Assembly (NCBI GenBank): GCA_964035545.1
Contig: OZ037772.1
Span: 744,001 to 808,000 of the forward strand
Direction of reading: 5' to 3'
Length of the DNA: 64,000 nt
From: Bugula neritina
Lineage: Eukaryota > Animalia > Bryozoa
A program made the position numbers and the translations under genes. This document shows, in pieces, positions 52,795 to 64,000 of this stretch (positions are counted from its first letter, which is position 1; each line of letters begins with the position of its first letter). The notes under the pieces are model-generated. The model did not search any database. It had not been told where the DNA came from and saw nothing but the letters and a program-made list of their open reading frames with translations.

Positions 52795-53020
52795 TAAGGT
52801 TTGCAAAGACTTAACATACCAAGCAACTGTGACAAGACATGACAATAACTCCAGCCAATCATACATATCATACATACATCATACATAGCCTAAAATGGAT
52901 CATTTTAAAAATTTGTAAATCATACTCAAACCTAATCAACAGCTTTAACTTATGTAGCTATGAGAAATATGTAATTTTTAAACAACCGGAGTTATCCACT
53001 CTCAACAAACGCAAAGAGCG
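52795..53020 (+). mobile_element. Penelope GIY-YIG fragment, copy 2 with internal deletion
   Basis: Paralog of 22770-23105 lacking the YIG..HKASF segment. Confidence 0.8.
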
Positions 53021-53152
53021 AAGTGTGAAAATTCCACGCTAGTGACCTGCCACACACAGTGCGTGTGTTGCGAGTGCAAAATATTATTAGCAAATGATGT
53101 TAGCGTTAAACTTTACTGCTCGCCTACAGATGTTTGTTTTTAAACAGCGTCA

Positions 53153-53662
53153 CTATGTTATACAGTATATTATGTCATACAGTATATTATGTCATACAGT
53201 ATACTATGTTATACAGTATATTATGTTATACAGTATATTATGTTATACAGTATATTATGTTATACAGTATACTATGTTATACAGTATACTATGTTATACA
53301 GTATAGTATGTTATACAGTATACTATGTTATACAGTATATCATGTTATACAGTATACTATGTTATACAGTATATTATGTTATACAGTATATTATGTTATA
53401 CAGTATACTATGTTATACAGTATATTATGTTATACAGTATATACTATGTTATACAGTATACTCTGTTATACAGTATAATTATTATGTTATACAGTATACT
53501 CTGTTATACAGTATACTATGTTATACAGTATATACTATGTTATACAGTATACTATGTTATACAGTATATTATGCTATACAGTATACTATGTTATACAGTA
53601 TACTATGTTATACAGTATATTATGTTATACAGTATATTATGTTATACAGTATACTGTATACT
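53153..53662. repeat. 17-bp minisatellite, copy 2
   Basis: Same unit as 23307-23792. Confidence 0.97.
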
Positions 53663-56600
53663 GTCATTGAGCTGGTTTACAGTGAAGGATGATTTGCTAA
53701 ATTTTGTGTTTTTATATAAGATAGGATTCCTTCAATTAATATGCTAATGGTTAGGAATCAGCAAATAAACTGCCTTGACCTGCAAAGTGACCTACAATGT
53801 ACAGCTTGCCAAAACCCAAGTCAAACTTAAGCAAGCTGCAGCACAAATTCACCAGCTGCAGCCATAGTATTAATAATTAAACTGCTCTGTGCTTTTTACA
53901 TGCATAATATAATAATCATAATCTTATATTATAATCAAATAAACTAGAACAAATATAGCCTTCTATAGTATATTATGCCTATCACTCATAAATTGCACTT
54001 TTAGAAAAAGGGGAACTCAATAGTAAACAGTTATGGAAGGGGAGATGGTGGTATGAAAAAGGTTTGGAACCACTGAGCTAGAGGAACCACCATACCTCTA
54101 CCATAGCATCACATCCCTCTGCCATCTTGATTGCAGCCTGCCAGTTAAGAAAATTCAGGATTAATCAGATGTTCAGTGATGTCGCTGAATATGCTATAGT
54201 ACTAAACAGCTCAACTTAAACATAATAAAAATATTTTACATAATGAAAGTACAAACAAAAAGATGCAAGTGCTAGCTGACACTGAAGGAGACTAATAAGA
54301 GACAAAGTCCTTGTAAAGATTTTGCTACTAAAAAGGACATAGATGTTATTGGTATTTTTGTAATTTGAAAATATACAGGACCGGAATTGGATATTCTAAA
54401 ATAGCTCAATTGAAAAACATGCACACCTGGTGCCCTGGATAATTTGTCAGATTTCAACCTAAGAGTTGTCTCTCTTCGACGCTAAAATATAGCGCCACAG
54501 CATAGTTAAGGTCATCCCCAGCAAAGAATCATCTCATAATCTAGTCTCAGTTCTTATATGCTAATGCTCTGTGGGCGGCATGCGTATTGCCTACTTGTTA
54601 TAATTTAGTATGAAGTTGAACAATTGCTAACAAACCATCACATTAGCTAGGGCTGCGCCTATCTTTCCATTGCAACTATTATCACTATCTGTTGAGCAAG
54701 CACGTGATCGTGGCACGCCTCAGCATCACATAATTATTACATCAGGCTGGTGCATGGTTCATTTCATGTACAATATACTTGATGCACAAAAACAGATGAT
54801 TTTCATAATTTCTGTTAAGCGAACAATGTAAAACTATTTCAGATTCTGGAAGCAAGCTAAATGTTTATATTTTTACTCAATATATTTTATCGATTTGGCT
54901 AGTCTAATGAAATAATTATTGACTATAACTTTTGAAATGATAATGCAGTTATTATTTAAATAACTTAGAATGCAGATGCAACAAATAGTTTAGACTTTAG
55001 AGAGATGCTCTTTTCTCAAAACATGATGTTTTTAGGCTAGACTATTTATATATATCTGCTCAATACTATTGACTGACCTTAAACCAATTATACCTTTATT
55101 ATTAAAATCATCTTTAGTTGCATTAACTAAAAACTAAAATTGACTTCTTAGTGCTGACTCTTACTATCAGTTACAGACAGCCCAATAGCTTAGCATAGTA
55201 AAGAGACTTGTGTAGATAAGATAGTTATGTGTGTGAGAATTTATTGGTAGCTGTAAGGGGCAGATATGCAGTATTTTGTGTGACTGCTTTGAGTTTGGGT
55301 AAAGAATTTGATTGCTGCAAATTTCTAATAAAGCTATAGTACTTGTGTTGTCCCTTTGGTACTATAAGTACAAGCATTAATCAACACTCATTGAAGTGAG
55401 TTGGAACTTATATATAAAAGGTTAAAACGTGAGCCTGTGCTATAAATATTCTATTTGCTTCCTGTTGTATACAGTCTAAACTCTGAAGGGTCCAATCAAG
55501 CCTACATGGCTTCTAGCTGAGTGTCCAAATTGACTATGAGCTATATCTTGTTGCTCAACACTGAGCTACTGGGCACTGCTGGCAACTGCTAACGCAGTGT
55601 TCACTCCAGCATGATATTATGGACTTGTATGCCAACTCAGAGCCAAGATTATCAACTGTTTTATGTTTCTAAATTTAGCATCTAATAGAAAAAGCTGTGT
55701 CTAGTTAGACTGACTGACACCATGCTTGCCTGAGTTAAACAGTCAAGATGAAAAGTTTTAATCTTAGCTAGGCAAGTATTGAGATTTTGAAAAGAAAGCC
55801 TCCTTAAGATAAAATAAAAGATATCCATTGAGGATTCAGATTTCTTCCAGTCTCATAGGTGTCATTTAATCAGCTCAAATATTAGCAATGCATTAGCCTA
55901 TCTGCCATATTTTGATACTGCAGATATAACATTCCATAACAAGAATTGACTTAAGAATTTAGACATGTGTAACAAATCAACCAGATTTATTTAAACACTA
56001 AATAGCCATTACTAAAGATCACAACAAAAATCAGTGTGGATCTTAAAGCATAACATAATTATTTTATATCTGTATGATCAGGCATAGAAGTAACAAGTTC
56101 AATAAATAAATTGAACATGCAGAAGGTATAACAGCTGTGAACTATTGTGAAGAAGCAAGTCAGGTCTTTTTATAGAAATACATCCTATACGTATATTACA
56201 AACATGGGGGAAATAATAGGTTAGTTTCCTAATTGTTTTTCTCAAACGTTAAATAATGAATAATGGCAAGACTGACTTTGTAAAGAAGCAGAATCTATAG
56301 AAAATCAAGCTGCAAAAGCCTAACCAAAAGACACATTGCTAGGGTGATTAGTCCTATCGATTATTTTAAGTTTAATTTTAGTTTTTATATCCTTTGATAA
56401 AAGTCCTATTTCCACAGGTAGAGTCTTGAGATATAGGTGTCAATTGCAGAGTATTATCATTTTTGAATATAAAAAAAAAGAGTAGAGTGGAGTAGAGAAT
56501 CTAAAGATCCTATAAGAGCTGCAGCTGACATTATAGAAAGGATGTCCTGAGAAGACACACTAGCATTTCTTTGACAAAACCTGATCATCTAGTAGTCCAC

Positions 56601-57256
56601 TTCATCTAAAATACAAATACCAGTTTTCTCAATACATGCAAAAGTAATTTCCAACATTTTCAATTTGAATTAACATGCTCATACACCACAGTTAGTACTA
56701 TAATAGTCTATATTTTGTAACATCTACTCATACCGTAATTACATAAAAGCTACTGGTAACTGTTTAAAAGACACAGCTCATAATTACAATTATTACGTTG
56801 AATGCTCCCTTAAGATTGCATTTTTCAAATAATTCCCCATTATATATGGCCTGCATGATGACTATACAATTCTTTTGAAACATATGCATTGCTTATATTT
56901 TAAGTTGGTCACTCAATGTAAATGTAATTTGGTATGCTGCAAGTATAAGTACAATTAGAATTACTAAACAGAAACTCTTCAGTGCAAAAATATATTTTCT
57001 ATGTGACTATACTCATCCACAGAACTCTAAATAATTTGAAAAAAGTTATGGCTAGTAATAAATTTGGATAATTTTCTTAAAGTTAATTACATATTTATAA
57101 TAATAAAACCAACTGACAATTTTGATCTAGTTTTACATCACTATGACTATTAGTATTACTATGCATTTATTGAACATAAAACTCAAACTTGAAGTTTAGT
57201 GATACTGCACAATGCTAATAGTAATAATAATACAGTTATAATAGTAATAGTAATAC

Positions 57257-57666
57257 TGTAGTGAATTTTGCCAGTTCACTATTATTATTTGTGGGTCTAC
57301 TTAATCAAAGCCACTGCGACAGGTTGTTTACGATAAGATATTTTATTAGTTATACAAATACAAGAAGGTTATTTACTGCTAGCATGAATAGAAAATGATT
57401 ACATAATTAAAGAGCTTTAATACACAACTGTTCTAAATGAAGTCCCAAGCTGCTCTGCCGGCTAGCTACTCAGCGCACTGCAACTACGAGTAGCTAGCTC
57501 CACCTGCTATCAATTAATGTCATTGTCCTGATTGGTGGCTACTAGTGGTGCCACTACTGCCCATAGCTACACTCCGACAGTGTCGAACTCACAAGATACA
57601 TAAAACAATATAGAGTAAACCTTTTCGATTAATACCATAATACTTGTACTACTAAAATCTATCACA
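57257..57666 (-). repeat. 3' LTR (~410 bp), preceded by polypurine tract at 57667-57678
   Basis: Minus strand: PPT AGGTGAGGAGAG, then TGTGATAGATTTT...AAAATTCACTACA (TG..CA, imperfect inverted ends). It contains CCAAT (about 57530), TATTAAA (about 57420) and AATAAA (about 57345) in order. The 5' LTR is not available to confirm. Confidence 0.75.
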
Positions 57667-57909
57667 CTCTCCTCACCTATCGAAAAGTACTCTCTAGACT
57701 TAATATTTACATGACAGTAATACACGAATAATAATGAAGGTAGCATAGTGCTTTACAAAACTAGGGTACAATTGAACAAGAGAAAATATATATACAGAGT
57801 AGATAACATGAGTATAATAAATGAGTCTTCACGCCGTAGTCCATAACACTTATTTACACTGCTTGACTAGCCAGGAGGGGGGGGGGTAAATGTATAGGTG
57901 GCCGCACCT

Positions 57910-59105
57910 CTAGCACTTCTTTGCCAGCCGTTTCTCTAGTCGGGTCTGCAACTTAGCCAGCTCGGTGGTTGCTCGCTTCTGTTCCTTACTGAGACGAGCC
58001 ATACGCCGTTGTACTTTCCTAATGTCGGCTAGTAGGGATTGGTCAGGGTCGCTGTCGTTTCGGGGTGTGTTGCTAGCACCCCTCTTCTTCTTATGGGTGT
58101 GTCGGGGTACATAGGAGATTGTCGTCGTTGGGGGTTGTGAGTCCTTCGTCACAGCGCGTCCAGCACGGGTTACTATGACGCGTAGAGGTTGGGTGGTTAC
58201 GTCTGGAGGGTAGGTAGTCGTTGTTTCGGAGGGTTGGGGGTCTGCATCAGAGTCACTCTCTACTGTAGGTCGGGTAGCGGGGAAGTGGTCCAGGAGAGTC
58301 TGTCGTCGGTCCGGGTCAGTCACGTGGGGTAGTATTAGGTCCCGGAACTCCGTGTAAGAGTCTGCGTCGACTTCATACAAGTGCCCTACGTAACAGTCTC
58401 TAGTTCGTTGGTGTCTCAGTATCGTGTCCCTGCAGAAGTGGTGAACTCCGCAGGGACAGAAAGTCACAGTAAAGTGTTGTGGAACGTGTATTCTCAGTCT
58501 CCTAGTAGTCGATAGTATTCTTCTACATTCAGTGCATTGTCTATTGTCGTCCGTCCCTACTATTGCTTCTATCAATGTTCGAGTCCGTCGAGTCGTCCAG
58601 TTAGTCCGTCCCAGTAAGGCTCTTGGTAGTGCTAGAGTAGTGTCCTTGGCTACAGTCAAGTCATCAGTCAAGTCGTTGGTATCAATTTGCATCGCAGTGT
58701 GTGTCGGGGAGTCCGTAAATGTTGCTAAATGTATGTCGGACAGCATGTCTACCCCTGCTTCTGACATGCTGTCCCAGTTAGTCGTAGGCGTGTCAAGTAA
58801 TGCCTGTATCTCGTCGGATACAGGCTCAGTCTCACCTGCAATAGAGTATTTAAATTTAATTATACTCTATGCGTGGGACTCCCGTTCCAAACAATATTAA
58901 TAATCGAGTCCCACTGTCACTCACTGATCGTGTAATCAGCTGAGTTGACTGTCCCACTCCAATTATCAATATCATTCGCTGTCAGGAGTTTCAACTTTAT
59001 CATTATGACAAAGTGAGACTGCTGTCGCTACCAGAATAAATTCTAATTAATTATTATAGAATTTCTAGTAGACTTACCCCCCAAAACAGTTGCTGCATTA
59101 GACAT
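57910..59105 (-). CDS. Accessory ORF3 of the Gypsy element: spliced zinc-finger/coiled-coil protein (~317 aa; 285 aa if only exon 2 ATG is used)
   Basis: Exon 1 59105-59078 (MSNAATVLG+G, donor G|GTAAGT) and exon 2 58835-57910 (acceptor ctctattgcag|) join in frame. The protein has C-x2-C-x12-H-x3-H, C-x-C-x12-H-x5-C, HKKKR and a C-terminal heptad helix. Confidence 0.75.
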
Positions 59106-59345
59106 AATGATGCTGCTGCTTTCTTAGGGCTCGTAGATAGCCAAATTATTTATTGCAAAAGACGTGCTGCCTGTTTGCTAGCTGTAATTGAAAAGAGCGC
59201 TCACAGCTAGAGTGCTTATGTAACACCCTATACGCTGTGATTTGGCTACGCTCTGCTGACCCCCGGCTGACCTATTCAATCCACCACTGGGTCGCCTGTT
59301 ATCAATTACCTCGCTCCCCCAGACTCCTTTGTGAATGTCGCCATG

Positions 59346-62300
59346 CTACAGAATACTGTGCATGTCGACCAAGTCACACAAGAAGTCTTTTAAATAAGAT
59401 GGTGGCGCCCTGGTACGTTGGCTACGGTCCAACGGTACCGGGGAGTTTGCTGCGACTGGCGACTCTTCCACCATGGGTGGTGTCGCCAGTACGGGGGGGT
59501 CCACCAGTACGGGTGGCCCTCCCCCAGCTGCCTCTCCCTCAGTATCCTGAGGAATTTCCATCTCATCCGGAACGATGGGCCTGTCGACCGGCTCCACAGG
59601 TGGTGGGGCCGGCTCCGACAGGTCTTCAGGTGTGTCGACCTCCTCTTCCTGGGGTGGAGGAGGTTGGGGCTGGTCGGCTGACGCATCAGCCGCCCCGTCC
59701 TGGTCTGGCAGTATCTCCTCAATCTCTCGATATGCCATGGGTCGCCCCCTCATAGGAGGGCGCCTAGCTGGCTCTAAGAGAGGAGGTGCTTGACCTGCCG
59801 CATCAGGACTCGACCAGTGAGGTTTAAGCCGTGCCTCGTTCTGGACCGACACTTGTCCAGACCGTTCCACTTTGTATGTATGATTTGGCATTACCTCAAT
59901 TACACAGTAGGGACCTACGAACTTCGGCTGCAACTTGGCTGCCTGTCTGCGCCTGCGGCGATGACTGGTCATCCAGACCCAGTCCCCCACCTTGTATAAG
60001 GGTGGGTCGTCAGAGTCACCACTCCTGACCTGCCACTGCTGCTCACGTAGCACCTCGTGAGCCGTCCCCATGCGTTTTACGAGCTTGTCCACGTAGTCGT
60101 GGACATTGCTCTCTGGATTCGGAACATGATAGGTTACGTGCTCAGGAACCCTTGTTTCTCTCCCCATCATGAGAAAATTAGGGGTCTCCAGTGTACTGGA
60201 GTGAAGGGTACTACGGTACGCTCGCATGATCTGCGGCAACACCAAGTCCCACTCTTCCTGGCTCCTACCGATAAGCAGGCTTCTCAGAGAGTCCCCTAGC
60301 ATTCGGTTGTTCCGCTCCACGACCCCGTTCCCTTGCGGGTGATACGGGGTCGTCCGACTCTGGTTTACCCCCCACACTCTACAGAGATCGCTCATAAGTT
60401 GCGACTGAAACTGGGCGCCCTGGTCAGAGTGTATCTGCTCCGGCAAGCCGAAATAGCAGAACACCTGTTGATCCAGAGCTCTGGCCACCGAGGGGGCCGA
60501 CGCATCTGGAATAGCTAGTGCATCAGACCACCGCGTGAAATGGTCAGTTAATACCAGTATCCAGTTATTACCTCTCGCTGTAGTGGGCATGGGGCCTACC
60601 AGATCGACAGCAACCACCTGCCACGGACGACCGGCATGGAGGCGACGCCTCCCTGCGGTCTCAGCGGGGCGGCCATGCTTGCTAGCTTGGCACACCTCGC
60701 ACTTCCGCACCCGGAGTCGGACATCCCGGGTCATACCGGGCCAAAACCACTGGAGTTGAAGACACCTGATCACCCGGCTAGCTCCTGCGTGAGCTTGCTT
60801 ATGGGTGTCCCAGATCAACTCCCGCCGCAGAGCTGACGGGCAGACTACCCTCTCTCGTTCACTGCGATTGGTGCCGACTGCCAACGTAATCGTTAGCAGC
60901 CCATCGCTGTCGAACCTTAGGGAGTCCCAGCGGTCACAGAAGTACTTAAACTCAGTACTCTTCACTCGCTGTTCGGCCTCACTCGGCCGCCGTCCCTCCT
61001 TCTTGGCCCGGACTAGGTCAGCTACCACTCCTGGTAGCGTGGACTGGAGCCGACATAGCTCCCTGACGTTCCGAAGCAACGTGGGGTTTGCGTGAAGGTT
61101 GTTAACAGCTTTGTTGGGTGATTCGGACAGGAGTTGCCCTTCTTCCCAGCTGTACACACCCGCTTTCCCCAACTGCGCTTCGACGTCCGAGCGAGGGGGT
61201 CCACCGTCCTTGCGCTCGATATTCTGGCATTGCTTACACCCATCTGCCTGGCGGCGGCTGAGTCCATCTGCATTACCGTGTTTCTTACCGGGTCGATGCT
61301 CGATCCGATAAGAAAACTCTGCCAGGATCTCTAGCCAGCGCGCCACTTGGCTGGATGGTTCTGCCCGTCAACACAGCCATATCAGGGACGCATGATCCGT
61401 CCGAAGCCGGAATGTGCGCCCATATAGATATGGTCTAAAGTGTTTGACCGCCTTGACTACTGCCAAGAGTTCCCTCCTGGTTGTACAGTAGTTCTTCTCA
61501 GGCGCCGACAGGGCCTTGCTATAGTAAGCCACCACCACCTCGCGACCATCTTGGACCTGCGACAGCACAGCCCCCACATTATGGTTACTGGCATCAGTAT
61601 CCAAAATGTACTCCTTCGCAGGGTCAGGATACGCCAAGATGGGTGCTTCCACCAGGCGATCCTTCAGGTGGTCAAATGCCTTCTGCTCAACCTGTGTCCA
61701 CTGCCATCGCACCCCCTTTGCGGTCAGCCGATTTAACGGCTGTGCAATTCCTGCGAAGCCTGGTATGTACTGACGATAGTACCCCACCAGCCCCCAGGAA
61801 CGCCCGCAATTCAGAGAGGTCGACAGGAACAGCCCAGTCCCTCACAGCCCGTACCTTCTCGGGGTCAGTGGCGACCCCGTCTCGACCAACTACATGGCCC
61901 AGGTACTTGACCTCGCGTTGCAGTAATGCACACTTCGAGGGCTTTAGCTTCAGGTTAGCAGCTCGGAGTCTGTCGAACACCTCCCTGAGTCGACTGACAT
62001 GTGTGTCGAAGTCGGGGGAGATGACGATGACATCATCGAGATATATGAGCAAGGTCTTCCAGTGCAGCCCACTCAGGACCTGCTCCATGAGTCGCTGGAA
62101 GGTGGCTGGTGCGGACGTAAGTCCGAAGGGCAACACCTTCCATTTCCAGAGCCCATCCCGCGTTATGAACGCGGCCTTGTCCTGTGCTTCAGGACTCAGG
62201 GGCACCTGCCAATACCCGCTTAGCAAGTCCAACGTGCTGAAGAACTTGCTACCAGCTAAGGCATCGAGCGACTCATCGATCCTCGGGAGAGGGTAAGCGT

Positions 62301-63828
62301 CCTGGATGGTCACGCTGTTCAGCCTGCGATAATCAACGCAAAACCTCCAGCTACCATCCTTTTTCCGAACCAGGACGACTGGAGAACTCCAGGCCCCATG
62401 GCCTGGCTCAATCAGGTCCCGGTTCAGAAGGTCTTGCACCTGACGGCTCACTTCTCTCTCCTTCTCAGGACCTAACCGGCGGGTCGGCTGCCGAATCGGC
62501 ACCGTCCCCGCCGCCAGGGGTATCTCATGACGAACCGTCTCAGTCAGACCCATGTCATGGTCGCCGCAACTGAACACGTCCTTGTACTCAGAGAGTAGCC
62601 GCGCCATCACCAGGCGTTCTCGCTTGCTCTCGCAGCCATCACAGGCATCCTCGTACAACTCTGTTACGTGTTCAGGCACCGGCCCCCTGCCGTCTCTAGT
62701 GGGTACTCCCCGGGCACCGCCCGCTGTTTCCAGCGCGGGCCCTACATCCTCCTCTTGCACGGAGTGGAACTTCCCTACTAGAGACCCAGCCGGTAATTCT
62801 ACCGGCTCCGTGAAAGGGTTTACGCACTGGACCAGGAACTCCCTCCGCTCATCCAGTCTATTCAGACTGTTAGCGAGCTGGACGCCCCCCAGTGCACCTT
62901 CCACCACTCCGAGCTCGGAGATCTCCCTACAGTTCACTCTGCAGCGAACTGTAGCCCGGGAGCGCCCAGGTACAGTACAGCGCTGTACCACCTGCACTCC
63001 CCCCACCAAGGGTCGGCCAAATCGGTCGACACAGGCCAGCTCACGCCCCGCCATCACTACTGCCGACTTGCTAAAGTCGATGTAGCACCTGTGTCTCTTC
63101 AGAAATGGCATGCCCAAGATGGCATCCTCCTTGAGTTGACTGACGATGAAGGTCTCACTGATCATCTGATCACGGACTCTACCAGTCAACTGGATTACCC
63201 CATAGAAAGGAATACACGACCCGTCCGCCAACGTGCCGTGTTCCCCCTCATATGGTTCTAGGCTAGCCCTGTCCTTGGCACTGAGAGTGTCGAAGAGACG
63301 TCGACTCAGTAGATTTGTGGTACACCCAGTATCCAACAGGAATGTGGCAGCTTTACCAGCAATTTTGCCGGGGAGGAAATAGCTGCTTCCATATGGCTGG
63401 GCGCTCACTGAGCGATTTGTCTCTTGAGGCGACACCTCATGTGCATGGAATTGGGGATGCACCTGTGCTTTGCGGTTGCGAGGGGGTCGTCGACGTTGCA
63501 TGGGCGGGCAGGGTACGTCTCGGTCTCGCTCACGCACGGGCGGCCGAGTGAATTCTCGGACTGATGCTCGTGCGGGCAACCGAGGAAAATCCCTGTTGTG
63601 CTCCCATTCGTCGTTCACTCCCTCATCAAGCAAACCTTCAAAGCGGTTTTTGAGTGCCCAAGCCGGAGGTATTGGTGGGCCTTGCGGCCGACTCACTCTC
63701 CTTGGGACTTGCCACTCTGGCGAAGGCGGCCTCCTCACCCGATGGGGTGGGGGCCGTAGCCTTTGCCTTGGGGGGTTAAACTCGGGCCCACGGTAGGCGG
63801 AAGTTACCGTGGGCCGTCGCTGTTTAAC
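59346..63828 (-). pseudogene. pol: Gypsy pol (protease, RT, RNase H, integrase) with one frameshift and one in-frame stop
   Basis: FLLDTG; RFCVDYRRLN, LPFGL, YLDD; DTDAS..RELLA..TDH; H-H..C-C, D-D-E and GPY integrase motifs. There is an extra G in a G-run at about 61790-61795 (FLG|LVGYYR) and a TGA at 61368-61370. Confidence 0.95.
63785..63828 (-). promoter_or_regulatory. Programmed -1 ribosomal frameshift signal (gag-pol)
   Basis: Heptamer G TTA AAC, 6-nt spacer, then perfect 11-bp stem GGCCCACGGTA/TACCGTGGGCC with a 9-nt loop; pol is in the -1 frame. Confidence 0.8.
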
Positions 63829-64000
63829 CGCCTCCCACTGCCGCGGGGGCAACTTCGTAGGAAGTGCCCACCACTACCACAGCCCCAGCATACAGGGCCG
63901 CGCCTGTCGGCGACAGCTACCGACGACCTCTTGGGTCTCTCGGCTGTCGCCTGCTGGCGCAGTTGCCTGAACTCGGCGAGCAGTTCTCGAATCAAGCTCG
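63804..64000 (-). CDS. gag: gag C-terminus with CCHC zinc knuckle (partial)
   Basis: CWGCGSGGHFLRSC = C-x2-C-x4-H-x4-C. Confidence 0.9.
   Translation of the reverse strand, partial: SLIRELLAEFRQLRQQATAERPKRSSVAVADRRGPVCWGCGSGGHFLRSCPRGSGRRLNSDGPR

Larger units (their letters stand above)
47666..54494 (+). repeat. Segmental duplication, copy 2
   Basis: Collinear with 20590-24610. Confidence 0.95.
57257..64000 (-). mobile_element. Ty3/Gypsy LTR retrotransposon (5' part outside window)
   Basis: Order is gag zinc knuckle, PR, RT, RNase H, IN, extra ORF, PPT, LTR; there is a sharp GC increase relative to host DNA. Confidence 0.97.

Noticed and set aside
54500-57250. AT-rich interval searched for a second TRIM copy or other exons
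   Set aside because: No convincing coding motifs or spliceable frames were seen.
57910-58767. env gene interpretation of ORF3
   Set aside because: No signal peptide, fusion peptide or transmembrane helix; it has zinc fingers and a basic patch instead.
61368-61370. Programmed stop-codon readthrough in pol
   Set aside because: TGA at a probable Arg codon inside the conserved WL..P..ARW linker is more simply a point mutation.
58532-63796. Many plus-strand ORFs of 60-270 aa opposite pol/ORF3
   Set aside because: Antisense shadows of GC-rich coding sequence with no recognisable motifs.

Overview
AT-rich, intron-containing eukaryotic DNA, probably an invertebrate animal (inferred from GT-AG introns, a fibrillar collagen, a TRIM gene and Penelope/Gypsy/Harbinger/hAT elements). 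There is no prokaryotic content, and most supplied ORFs come from tandem repeats or are antisense shadows. Only one host gene looks intact: a 7-exon RING/B-box/coiled-coil (TRIM-like) E3 ligase with a C-terminal beta-propeller (27253-34240, +). It sits in a patchwork of broken gene fragments: SPOP-like BTB, half of a C2H2 zinc-finger exon, a motor-less KIF14, cysteine-rich extracellular exons, two copies of a fibrillar collagen 3' end (local duplication about 20590-24610 vs 47666-54494) and a valyl-tRNA synthetase 5' half with exons missing. A truncated Harbinger-type MADF gene, MITEs and many minisatellites are also present. The right end holds a Gypsy LTR retrotransposon (minus strand, 5' part outside the window) with a clear -1 frameshift signal and two pol lesions. 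The most interesting feature is an intact, apparently spliced third gene between integrase and the 3' LTR, encoding a double zinc-finger/NLS/coiled-coil protein that is not env-like. All exon models and family assignments were made by hand from motif recall and are not database-verified.
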